DNA of 64,000 nucleotides from UHGV virus genome UHGV-2025275; one strand, given 5' to 3'. The stretch's first letter is position 1, and the number at the start of each line of letters is the position of its first letter. Made by a program: the position numbers and the translations under genes. This stretch comes from a virus. The notes below the pieces were generated by a model. It was not told where the DNA came from. It worked only from the letters and a program-made list of their open reading frames with translations, and did no database searches. Positions 47,496 to 56,583 of this stretch are shown here, in pieces.

Positions 47496-48061
47496 TATTA
47501 CTTAAATCTCTTAACTAGTTGTTTTCTTATTTTAGTTATTATCAGAGATAAGAATAGGTAGAAAACATTTTGTTTGAAGCAGTGCGGCTGCCTCGATACT
47601 GTCATAGCGATAATCAGGCGCATAGTGTCAAAGCTAAGTTCAGATGTTAGGGGCAGGGCAAAGTTGAAATGTCCACTTCGTGCCAGGAGCGGAAGTTGCT
47701 AAGTTTGGTCTGCATTAATTTGAAGGGAGCAGAACACATGAGCCAAGAACGAATTTCTGCGAAATTTTTTTCGTGCACCGCGGAGGTGAAAGGTCATAAA
47801 TGGTACGCCAGCACCGACTTTACCTAGCTTTTTTTAAGTTCAGCAGCAAAACCTGCCTTGCAGGTTTCCTGCGTCGGGATAATCGATACTGAACCTTGTG
47901 CATACCGTTCTCATCAGTTAAATTAAAGATTCCACACTCTTTACCGATATCACCTTGGTTCTTGCTTGTGATGCGTTCAGTGTTCAGCGCTGTTTGCTGT
48001 AGCCCTCCAGACTGATTACAGACTGCCTCTTAAAAGCCAATCCTTACTCTAAAGGGAACTT

Positions 48062-49003
48062 ATGAGATTAAAATACTCAGCACTCTTACTCGCCGTTGCC
48101 ATTACAGGCTGTGATAACAAAAAAGACGTGATCGGTTGTTCCTCTGAAATGACCCAGTCAGCTCTCATGGATTTAATAAAAAAATCTGCTTATGAAGGTC
48201 TCTCTGAACAGGTCGACAAATACCCTGACGTCACTAATCAGACCAAACGAAGCGCTTTGGACAAGATTAAACTGACCATCTCTGAAATCTCCACAACTTC
48301 AAGTGACACGGGCAGCACAATGAAAACTTGTGAAGGGACCGTGACGATGACCCTACCTGCGAACGAGTACGCACAGCTTTCTGATGCTTACAGAAAGAAC
48401 TTTAACCGTAATCTCGACAAGCAAATGGAAAGCCTGTCTTTGGATAACAACGCAAACGCCTTTTCAAAACGCATCTCCTACACCGCACAGGCAACCGACG
48501 ATCAGAAAAACGTTTTTGTGAAAGCTACTTCTAACAACCCAATATCAGTGGGTGCCGCTGCACTGACATCGCTTTCCATCATCAACCCGATCGTTGAGCA
48601 GCAAAAAATCCAGCAGGCTAAGGATGCCCAGCGAAGTCAAATTGAAGCGGAACAACAAGCACAACTCAGGGCGCAGCAACAGGATAAATATGAGGCGGAG
48701 CAGCAGGTTCAGCAAACCATTCAACAACAATCCTACCAGCAGCCTCAGCAACAAAAAGCTGACAACCTTGATCAGTCCCGAATGGCTTTTGCGAATGCTG
48801 ACTCTGATTTGAATACCGCTTGGAGCACATTAACACCAGAGAAGAAAAAAGAGTTGCTGCCTTCTCAGCGCCAGTGGATCAAAACTAAGGACGCTATGTG
48901 CGGCAAAGTTTCAATGCAGGGAACAGATGCTGAAGTCAAGAAAATGGTCGACTGCCAGACGCAAATGACCCTTTCAAGGACCGCGTTCTTCAGAAATCAA
49001 TAG
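48062..49003 (+). CDS. Lipoprotein with a Gln-rich linker and a C-terminal DUF1311 (LprI/lysozyme-inhibitor-like) domain
   Basis: MRLKYSALLLAVAITGCDNKKD has an LAITGC-type lipobox. QQKIQQAKDAQRSQIEAEQQAQLRAQQQ is the linker. The C-terminal LNTAWSTLTPEKKKELLPSQRQWIKTKDAMCG is the DUF1311 signature. Confidence 0.6.
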   Translation: MRLKYSALLLAVAITGCDNKKDVIGCSSEMTQSALMDLIKKSAYEGLSEQVDKYPDVTNQTKRSALDKIKLTISEISTTSSDTGSTMKTCEGTVTMTLPANEYAQLSDAYRKNFNRNLDKQMESLSLDNNANAFSKRISYTAQATDDQKNVFVKATSNNPISVGAAALTSLSIINPIVEQQKIQQAKDAQRSQIEAEQQAQLRAQQQDKYEAEQQVQQTIQQQSYQQPQQQKADNLDQSRMAFANADSDLNTAWSTLTPEKKKELLPSQRQWIKTKDAMCGKVSMQGTDAEVKKMVDCQTQMTLSRTAFFRNQ

Positions 49004-49550
49004 CGGAAACTCCCTTCAATCTGGTGGCCAAGGCTAAGCTGGCGCCAGCGTAATGCGGGATAATTTCAGCCGTTGTTCCATGATGCCCCACGCCGGATAT
49101 TTTACTCGCGGTTAGAACGGGATTTTGGGACGTAAATATTTCATTAAAGGCGATGACCATCATAGTCATCGACTACATGAATTTTCTGTTAAAGATATGC
49201 AAGTATTAAGACATCTTACTTTCCGTGATTACCAATGATGTTAATCGTTGCAGGCACTCAAAACCGTCCACATGAGTCTTGCCCAACCAATAGCCGCCAC
49301 CATACTCTCTCTCGCTGGAAAAAGACGCACTGGCCAGGTTTGAATGTTTAAGTGTCTCGCCTCTGTAGACGATCTGATAACTGGTGTCTTTTCCGCCCAT
49401 TTTATCATCCCAAAATACTGTATATTTAAACAGTTACTCTTTGATGAAATGCAGTCAAGTTTGACAGCGGGGATAATAACTTGTTGGTGAAAACAAATTA
49501 TTTAAGGCTATATCAATAGCCTTAAATTGGTGAAACCAGTTACGACCTCA

Positions 49551-50279
49551 TCATGATTCGGTGGCGTGTGGGTTTTGCCGCTGCAGTGTCTTGACCTGTT
49601 CTTCAAGCTCACGCACATACTCAACGAGAGATCCGCCTGGCGGTATTTGGCACTCTTCCATGAGTTGATAGTAAACGTCGGCTGCCGCGCGAATGTTTGA
49701 GCCTTTGGTTAACTGATCACTGAGCAGTTCGTCACGCTCTTTCATAAGCCGCACGCATTCCCCATTGCGTTGGTCGACTACAGCCTCAAGCTCTGCGATG
49801 CGCTCGCCTGGCGTTTTGCCATCCTTACGTTGAGTCGTAACCGTGAAACATCCAAGTTCAGGAACGTCGTAGTTCAATTCCAGATAGTTTTTTGCACCGT
49901 GTCGAACAAATTCGCCGGCGAACATGGTGGCGAACATGGCAGAGGCCAGCTCTCCGTTAAACAACGACTCCAGATCTACAGGAGTGCCAGCAGCAAGAGC
50001 GGCGCGCGCAGCCTCTATGACATGCATAAACTCATCATAATGTCTGGCGCGCTTCTCCAGCTCTGCCCACTGCTGACTGTTTCGACGCACCAGGTACTCA
50101 ATAAAAATCAGCGCTGATTCGTCGGCGTCGCCTTCAAATGAGACCTTACCCTTATCGACAATAATCGTGCCCACAGCGGTTGGGTTGTTGCCCTGAAGGC
50201 AAAATCTGAAAGGAGTCCCCGTGTTCATCGGTGATACAGCCTGTATATCCATAGAAGTGGCTTTATTCCTGCTTTCCAT
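49551..50279 (-). CDS. Hypothetical protein
   Basis: 242 aa; a hairpin (AAGGCTAT atca ATAGCCTT) at 49500-49530 downstream is terminator-like. Confidence 0.45.
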   Translation of the reverse strand: MESRNKATSMDIQAVSPMNTGTPFRFCLQGNNPTAVGTIIVDKGKVSFEGDADESALIFIEYLVRRNSQQWAELEKRARHYDEFMHVIEAARAALAAGTPVDLESLFNGELASAMFATMFAGEFVRHGAKNYLELNYDVPELGCFTVTTQRKDGKTPGERIAELEAVVDQRNGECVRLMKERDELLSDQLTKGSNIRAAADVYYQLMEECQIPPGGSLVEYVRELEEQVKTLQRQNPHATES

Positions 50280-50340
50280 GTGTTTTTCCCTCTAAGTATC
50301 GCGTCATTATTCTTACATAAAATAAGTATGTGGTTACCTA

Positions 50341-52044
50341 TTATTTTATGCGTTTGAAGACATACACACTGACAGTTATCCCCGTGTCATCAAACTCGCC
50401 TGTGAACGACTTACCTTTGGCGTAGACGAAATTCTCCAGCATCATCCAGTTCAGGGTTGGTGAGTCCCCCGGCAAAACAGCAACAAGGCGCCCGCCGACT
50501 TTAAGATGCTCCAGCGCGGCCAGCGTATGCTCTCTGTGACGGCCAAGAGAGTAGGGCGGGTTCATGACGATTTTGTCGAACTGATAGCCTGCGTTGTCCT
50601 CAGACCACTTCATGAAGTCACAGCAGACCGTATTTGTGTACCCCTTGCCAAGCAGGATATCAGCGAAGAGAGGTGCGACTTCTATGCAGGTAACGTCTTC
50701 CGGATTGGCGTCGATGCAGGCCAACAGATCTCCGCGCCCGGCTTCAGGCTCCAGCAGCTTCTCACCTGGCTTCAGCTCGATGGCTCTGGCAACGTACTCC
50801 GCTATCAAACGTGGGGTAGGGTAGAACTGGTGTGATTTTGTATCCGGTATTAAGCCGGTGGCCACAATCGTATTGAGCGTATGGCCGATCTCATACGGGA
50901 ACTGCCAGTGCTTTTTCTCCTGCACGCCGCCAATGAAGTTCAGTGTGCGCTCAAGCTCTTCCACCTGTGACTTCTGTAGGTTGGAATCAGAGAAGTACCA
51001 GACGCCTTTGTCTTTGCTGAATCGCCCGTCGCGCAGCGCGGTACGAACCGGCTCGGAGATCGTCTTCTGGATTAACCCGAACTCTTTTGGTGCCCGTATT
51101 TTGGGTGCAGTACGGCATGGCGCCGGGATTGCTGCAGGCATACTGTAAGCCAGCACCTCATTCAGCTTCCAGGCCACGTCAGGATGTATTTCAAAGTGAA
51201 CGTTGCCGTTCTTGAACATCTTCACGCGCATCAGGTTTCCGTCGACATTCATCCAGTCACCGGTCTGGCAGTCGTTTGCCCGGTACGCAGCTGATAGCAT
51301 CTCAGTTGTGCGGTTGATGGTGATGAACTCTTTGTGTGCGAAGAAATGAAGCATGACGCGCAGGTCGTCGATGTAGTCCTCTTTCCGGTAGTTCACGCTG
51401 ACGCTGTCCCGCCAGAACTCTGAAATGCAGCTGGCGATGATCAGCCGCTCGCTAAAGCCGTTCGTTTTATTGGTCTTGTGCGCAGGGCTTAGCGCCTTAA
51501 ACAAACCGTACACGCGCTCAGAGAGATATTTATGCCTGTCATTCAGCAGATTGACCATCGTGGGGATGACCGTCTCTGCTTTGAACTCAGGTACGCCAAC
51601 GAACTCCTTAACCTTCATCTGGTAGCCGGTTCTGTCAGTCTTGATGGTTTCCTGCTTGCCTTCTATGAACTGTTCGCGCCACTCATCTCGGCGGGAAGCT
51701 GGCATGATCAGCAGAACGTTTGTCATATCTGTGACCTTCTTCCAGTATTCGGCCCAGATATTCTGCTTCACCCACTCAAGATCGACCTTATCCAGCCAGG
51801 CTCTGTTGAAGCGTGTGCGTTCGTCATCCGGCCGGTGGTTGAGTCGAAGCAGGCGGTTAATCATGTTGTGACGCTCATCGCCATAAACGAAGTCGTGAAC
51901 CTGATGCATGAATGCGATCTCTTTCTCGCACTCGGCCACAATTTCGTGGATGACGTTCATTTCCTGCCGGTAGTCGATATCAGTGTTTGGGGTGATAGCG
52001 TCAATGATGGAAAGGGCTGTATTCATGATTGCACCATTAAACAA
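50341..52044 (-). CDS. Gamma-class N6-adenine DNA methyltransferase with a large (about 400 aa) N-terminal domain of unknown function
   Basis: The C-terminal third has motifs in gamma order: FYPTP, then motif I LEPEAGRGDL, then motif IV NPPYS. No restriction endonuclease partner is visible. The start may be M7 (52026). Confidence 0.7.
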   Translation of the reverse strand: MFNGAIMNTALSIIDAITPNTDIDYRQEMNVIHEIVAECEKEIAFMHQVHDFVYGDERHNMINRLLRLNHRPDDERTRFNRAWLDKVDLEWVKQNIWAEYWKKVTDMTNVLLIMPASRRDEWREQFIEGKQETIKTDRTGYQMKVKEFVGVPEFKAETVIPTMVNLLNDRHKYLSERVYGLFKALSPAHKTNKTNGFSERLIIASCISEFWRDSVSVNYRKEDYIDDLRVMLHFFAHKEFITINRTTEMLSAAYRANDCQTGDWMNVDGNLMRVKMFKNGNVHFEIHPDVAWKLNEVLAYSMPAAIPAPCRTAPKIRAPKEFGLIQKTISEPVRTALRDGRFSKDKGVWYFSDSNLQKSQVEELERTLNFIGGVQEKKHWQFPYEIGHTLNTIVATGLIPDTKSHQFYPTPRLIAEYVARAIELKPGEKLLEPEAGRGDLLACIDANPEDVTCIEVAPLFADILLGKGYTNTVCCDFMKWSEDNAGYQFDKIVMNPPYSLGRHREHTLAALEHLKVGGRLVAVLPGDSPTLNWMMLENFVYAKGKSFTGEFDDTGITVSVYVFKRIK

Positions 52045-52075
52045 ATTGTTTTCTTGTTGGTGTTATTTTCCCAAA
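52039..52075 (-). promoter_or_regulatory. Early-gene upstream element copy (upstream of the methyltransferase)
   Basis: AAACAAATTGTTTTCTTGTTGGTGTTATTTTCCCAA. Confidence 0.5.
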
Positions 52076-52167
52076 GTTGAAAAGGCGTAAAAGCAGCATT
52101 CACAGGCGTTGCAGCTGATTTAAGGCGTAAAAAAGGGGGCTTTCGCCCCCTGTCGGCAGGTGAGAAA

Positions 52168-52767
52168 TTAGTGGTGTACGTGCTGCGTTTTGTGCGGCTG
52201 TTTGTTCAGGTCGTGGCGATGGGTCAGCTCGCGCATCATGTCTTCAAGACGGCTCTTGGTGTCGTCAAGCTGGTCGGCCATTGCCCCCAGCAGCTGGCGA
52301 ACGGCCATCGGATCGTCGCTGTTCAGATCAGGCATTTTGAACCCAGCCTGGGAAGACATCAGTTTGAAGGCGGCCAGCAACATCGCCAGAGAAGACTTCA
52401 GTCCGGCGATTTCGCGATCTTTGCTGGCGTTGGTTTCATCTGCCTTGACTGAATCCGGTGAGCACTTCGGCTTGCTTACCATTTCCAGAGTTGCCTGAAG
52501 TTTGTCGGCGCGTTCTTTCTCTTCCAGATACGCTTCGCCGAAATGACGCGCCAGCATCACAATTTCAATCGGATCATCAATCATGCTTGAGAACTTGAGA
52601 ACGCTGAAAAGGCGGTCGATAGGGGAGGCGTCGTCTTCGTGACCAACCACAAGACCCATGATCTCAACCAGTTCGGCCGCACCAACTTTTTTAATCACGC
52701 TTTCAACTTTGGCATTAGTTTTTTTGCATTTTTCGCACATGTGTTTTTTCCTTATGTTTTTAAACAA
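52168..52767 (-). CDS. Hypothetical protein
   Basis: 199 aa; promoter element copy 52762-52796 upstream, so the start is probably the internal M (MCEKCKK, 52740). Confidence 0.45.
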   Translation of the reverse strand: MFKNIRKKHMCEKCKKTNAKVESVIKKVGAAELVEIMGLVVGHEDDASPIDRLFSVLKFSSMIDDPIEIVMLARHFGEAYLEEKERADKLQATLEMVSKPKCSPDSVKADETNASKDREIAGLKSSLAMLLAAFKLMSSQAGFKMPDLNSDDPMAVRQLLGAMADQLDDTKSRLEDMMRELTHRHDLNKQPHKTQHVHH

Positions 52768-52848
52768 GTTGTTTTCTCGATGGCGTTATTGTGGCGTGAC
52801 TGAAAAGGTGGGCAAACGCTACGTAAAGGCGGACGCCCACACTGACGG

Positions 52849-53691
52849 TTAATGAAGACGTTTGGATTCCTCCATTTCACGTTCGACATGCTCACGACAC
52901 GGCTCATACTCAATGGCGCTGGCGGTAATTTTCCCGGCAGCAATTAGCTTCACGGCAGCAAAGCAAAGTCCTTTAAAGGTGAACTTGGCCTGGTTGCGTC
53001 CGTTTCCGATGACAACGTTTTTGCCATATCCGCGGTCAATGAAGATCTTGAGGAACTGGCGGTTAACAGTGGTGTATTTGCGCTTAACGTACACATCACC
53101 CAGCGAGTCCATCAGCGCACCCAGAACAGCCCCGGACGTTCCGAGAATGCGACCAGCTTCATTCAGCCCATAAAGCTCATCAGCAGTGCCGCAAATGGTG
53201 TCCATGAGAATGGCTTTTGGCCTTGCCACCGACAGCTTGCGCTCAAGATCAGCACGCTGTTCTTCAAGATCGGCTGCCAGTCGAAGTGCTTCTGAAAAGG
53301 TTTCCGGGATGCTGGGGTAGGCACCGTAAAGCGCCCCGCTTGAAACACTCATTTCCAGCTCATGCCAGCGCTCAATGACAGCAGCGCGGTACTTCAACGA
53401 GTAGCCGGTAATGAGAACATCGGTATGCTTTCGGTCGAGCATGTACTCGCCTTCCATTCCCCGGTAATCGATGTTGACAACAATGCCTTCAACAATTGTA
53501 AGCAACTGATTTTTCTCATAACGCAATTTTGCGTTATGGTAATCGTCGGCATACAGCTCATTCAGCACGCTACGGATGTCGCGAAGAATGTCGCTGTGTC
53601 GTTTACCGGTCAGCTTTGAGATTTCTTTTGAGGACATCAATGGTCTGTCCGGGAGCACACCGGGAATCGATAAAGTAGTCATCTCAAACAT
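52849..53691 (-). CDS. Rha-family phage regulatory protein / antirepressor
   Basis: The N-terminal segment SSKEISKLTGKRHSDILRDIRSVL is typical of phage Rha (pRha) proteins. The C-terminal half is antirepressor-like. Promoter element copy at 53751-53778. Confidence 0.6.
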   Translation of the reverse strand: MFEMTTLSIPGVLPDRPLMSSKEISKLTGKRHSDILRDIRSVLNELYADDYHNAKLRYEKNQLLTIVEGIVVNIDYRGMEGEYMLDRKHTDVLITGYSLKYRAAVIERWHELEMSVSSGALYGAYPSIPETFSEALRLAADLEEQRADLERKLSVARPKAILMDTICGTADELYGLNEAGRILGTSGAVLGALMDSLGDVYVKRKYTTVNRQFLKIFIDRGYGKNVVIGNGRNQAKFTFKGLCFAAVKLIAAGKITASAIEYEPCREHVEREMEESKRLH

Positions 53692-53799
53692 ACATTCTCC
53701 ATTCAGTGTAAAAAGGGCCGTCAGTGGCCCTTGTTGTTAACTCTCATTGGTTAATTGGCTAAACAATTTGTTTTAACAGTGCCGAAAATGGATTCGGCA

Positions 53800-53988
53800 T
53801 CAAAAGAACCCGAGAATGCTGCCCACCGGAACAACGAAAATTCCCACGACACGCGCAAGTGTCATTCCGGCATCAAACTGAAGATCACCACCGTTCACGA
53901 GTTTCACTAGATTCATGATCCAGCCACCAAGTAGAAAAATGGCGAGGCCAACAATCATCGCGGTGACTTTCCGGAAGGTCCATTTCAT
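53800..53988 (-). CDS. Small two-TMD membrane protein
   Basis: 62 aa: MIVGLAIFLLGGWIM ... VVGIFVVPVGSILGFF. Confidence 0.45.
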   Translation of the reverse strand: MKWTFRKVTAMIVGLAIFLLGGWIMNLVKLVNGGDLQFDAGMTLARVVGIFVVPVGSILGFF

Positions 53989-53997
53989 GCAATAGCC

Positions 53998-54492
53998 TCA
54001 GTCACAGCAGAAGGAAGATCCGGAGTTGCAGGTCGAGTTGGAATCGTGTCCAACAGCATCCCATCCAGAGAGACAGGAGGTCGTTCTGGCAGGGGTGTCG
54101 TCTGCAAGGTTGTGGTGGAAGTAGTTGTGTCCGGTATCAACAGACTCTGACCGGCTGGTACGGCTACCGCTGCCAGGGTTGCTAAAATTACTCCGTAGGC
54201 CATTGGCTTCAGTCGATTTCGTTGAAAATTTTCCATGAGAACTGTCCTTGTGCGTCTGGGATTCACGCAACACACGAGAGGCGACGGAATCACGCACCTT
54301 CTCCATGCCTACTGTCGCACCCAGATTTGCTATGGCGGTAGCTTGCGCATCAATGCGCTTCTCCAGCTCAAACACTCGTTCTTCCAGTTCCGCAAGGCGT
54401 GCAGAAACACGACCGCTAAACAGCTCGGTCAGAACCAGGCGAATTGAACGGGGACGTTTATTGAAAGAAGTGAAAGGCGTTTGACGTGCCAT
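53998..54492 (-). CDS. Hypothetical protein with an N-terminal coiled coil. It extensively overlaps the other-frame ORF 53985-54293, which has a signal-peptide-like start, so its extent is uncertain.
   Basis: The N-terminal 80 aa look genuine (RLAELEERVFELEKRIDAQATAIANLGATV). The C-terminal half is Ser-rich and low-complexity, while the alternative frame encodes MAYGVILATLAAVAVPAGQ.... A frameshift or two overlapping genes are both possible. Confidence 0.35.
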   Translation of the reverse strand: MARQTPFTSFNKRPRSIRLVLTELFSGRVSARLAELEERVFELEKRIDAQATAIANLGATVGMEKVRDSVASRVLRESQTHKDSSHGKFSTKSTEANGLRSNFSNPGSGSRTSRSESVDTGHNYFHHNLADDTPARTTSCLSGWDAVGHDSNSTCNSGSSFCCD

Positions 54493-54616
54493 TTGGATTC
54501 CATTCAGTGTCAGAAAGAGTTGCGGCTGGCCAAGCCAGCCGCCTTTTGGCGTTCCATCCTGGAACAGTACCTAACCGGTACTTCGTCATCCTGACGAACG
54601 GTAAGATACCTGATTT

Positions 54617-54648
54617 AAAATGATAGGTAAATACTTACCTATCATTTT
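54617..54648. repeat. Dispersed palindrome family copy, 32 bp (AAAATGATAGGTAAATACTTACCTATCATTTT)
   Basis: Near-perfect palindrome. Confidence 0.85.
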
Positions 54649-54848
54649 GTGACAAAAATCCAATATCACGCTTGTGAGGCATATCAGCTGCGGAGTAGAC
54701 GGCGATCTTCGACAGGCGGTCACACATTAAGTCGGCTTTGAGCGAGGAGCGGACGTTGACTTAGCCGGATCGCTTAGGGCTTTTAATATTACTGGCGCGG
54801 ATTTCTGGGATACTTTCAAGCTCTTTCCTCAACTAAAACGGAAAATTT

Positions 54849-54886
54849 CGGCGGACTTTCTACTAGATAGTCCGCCATTATAGTTG
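54849..54886 (-). terminator. Terminator-like hairpin after the DUF262 gene
   Basis: On the minus strand: GGCGGACU aucuaguagaa AGUCCGCC GAAAUUUUCC. Confidence 0.5.
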
Positions 54887-54900
54887 CTTTTATATAGTTA

Positions 54901-56583
54901 TTAATCAACCTTCCAAACGTTGACAGCTTGCTTTGACATCCATTTCTGAAAATCATTGACAGTTTCTAAATTCCACTCTGCATATTCAGTGACTTTTGAA
55001 GCCAGAAAATATCCAGATTTTGTATATTCTTTTTTCTTATCTTCAAATGATGAGCGCTTTAAGTTATCTTTATCCATTAAAATCATGTTTCCAAGCCTAT
55101 CTTTTACATCATTAATTCCTTCACCAAAAGAATCGCACCATTCTTTTTCGGGGTGATAAGGACAAATATGTTCTAATGTGGTTTTTTCATAATCACATTG
55201 ATTACCTAAATGCCCCTCAATCTCAGAAAGTAAAAACCGTATTTTTTTTGCCGTTTGCCTACTTGGCATCCTATGAAACTCAAAAGCATTAAAGAATGAA
55301 TTATCATCAGGATACAAGCGTTTAAATTCTTCACTATTTTTTACATGACTAGCTCTTAAAAACTCTCGATTATAAACTTTGTTAGCAATTTGATTGTAAA
55401 TATTCTCTTGCTCGCTGGGCGATAAGTGGCAAATAACGTTATAACGAATAGATAATACGTATAAATATCTTACGAGTTTAACAAACTCTTCAGGAGAAAA
55501 GTTACCGAAGGCAGCAAGGAATATCGTAAGTGGTTGCTTGATATTGAATAACCTTATTCCATTAAGATAATGCAAAACATTTCTGTATTTCTCATCTTGA
55601 TCTCCCCACCATGCATCATTAGGGTTAATCAATGATGCATAGATAGGTGAGTAGTCAATTAATGATTTTAAATACTGATACGCTTCTTCCGGTTTCGTTA
55701 ATATCTTTCTCATAGAGGAAAACAGGTTGTTCTTAGTGACCATTTTTCTCTGCGAGTTATAGTGATATCTAATGTAATCAGAAACATTGCTTTCGCCAAG
55801 TTGGACGATCATTTCTGACCATTGCTCGTCCAAATCATTGAGTTCATCTTCTCCGATTTGATCATCTTTTGTCACAATTGAGAATAAATAGTTCTTAAGT
55901 AGATCTGGGGTGGAAAGTTGAACACCTCTCGCATTCAAAGTTTCAAAAACTTTATAAGCATTAAGATCATCTTGCACTATTATCTTTGTGAAAACCATGC
56001 TCGAAGAAAAATCTGCAATGAACTGAGCAATATCAGCACCTGTTCTACCAAAATCTTTCTTAGTAAAAAAATCAAAACATTTTCTTATCAATTTATTAGT
56101 CGATGTTATACCTCGAGGATTTTGAGTCTCTAAATGCGATGACATTCTTTGAAAATAACTTTTATTGTTTCTATTTAGTTCTAATTTATTAATCACTTTG
56201 AGCGTAACGAAGTTCTTACTTCCTACAAAGTTTTGAGTTATACCATTGAGTCGCTCAGTGTTTCCCTCTACATCCTCTCCATTATCAATTAAGGTTTTGA
56301 TAGCTTTCATTGCAGCCAGAACTATAATCGATAACGTAACTAAACGTTGTTGCCCATCGATAATTTCATGTTGATACTGTTCTTTTTGCTGAAGGACAAT
56401 GTAGCCCATATAATGGAACCCTTCATCATCAAGTGCATTTATATCCCCCCACAAGTCCTCCCATTGCCCCACATCCCATGCGTAGTCTCGCTGGAACCTG
56501 GGTACAATATATTTGTTTGGACCACCAATTAATTCATTAAAATTCTCATTTTTTGGTTCCATCAACATAAATTGCTTTGCCAT
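54901..56583 (-). CDS. DUF262 (ParB-like NTPase) plus DUF1524 (HNH-like nuclease) protein of the GmrSD/BrxU/SspE-like family, carried in an AT-rich island
   Basis: 560 aa. The N-terminus PRFQRDYAWDVGQWEDLWGDI carries the DUF262 (D/E)GQQR-type motif (HEIIDGQQRLVTLSII). The C-terminal region has the His-containing DUF1524-like segment TLEHICPYHPEKEW. The nucleotide composition is visibly more AT-rich than the flanking phage genes. Confidence 0.65.
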   Translation of the reverse strand: MAKQFMLMEPKNENFNELIGGPNKYIVPRFQRDYAWDVGQWEDLWGDINALDDEGFHYMGYIVLQQKEQYQHEIIDGQQRLVTLSIIVLAAMKAIKTLIDNGEDVEGNTERLNGITQNFVGSKNFVTLKVINKLELNRNNKSYFQRMSSHLETQNPRGITSTNKLIRKCFDFFTKKDFGRTGADIAQFIADFSSSMVFTKIIVQDDLNAYKVFETLNARGVQLSTPDLLKNYLFSIVTKDDQIGEDELNDLDEQWSEMIVQLGESNVSDYIRYHYNSQRKMVTKNNLFSSMRKILTKPEEAYQYLKSLIDYSPIYASLINPNDAWWGDQDEKYRNVLHYLNGIRLFNIKQPLTIFLAAFGNFSPEEFVKLVRYLYVLSIRYNVICHLSPSEQENIYNQIANKVYNREFLRASHVKNSEEFKRLYPDDNSFFNAFEFHRMPSRQTAKKIRFLLSEIEGHLGNQCDYEKTTLEHICPYHPEKEWCDSFGEGINDVKDRLGNMILMDKDNLKRSSFEDKKKEYTKSGYFLASKVTEYAEWNLETVNDFQKWMSKQAVNVWKVD

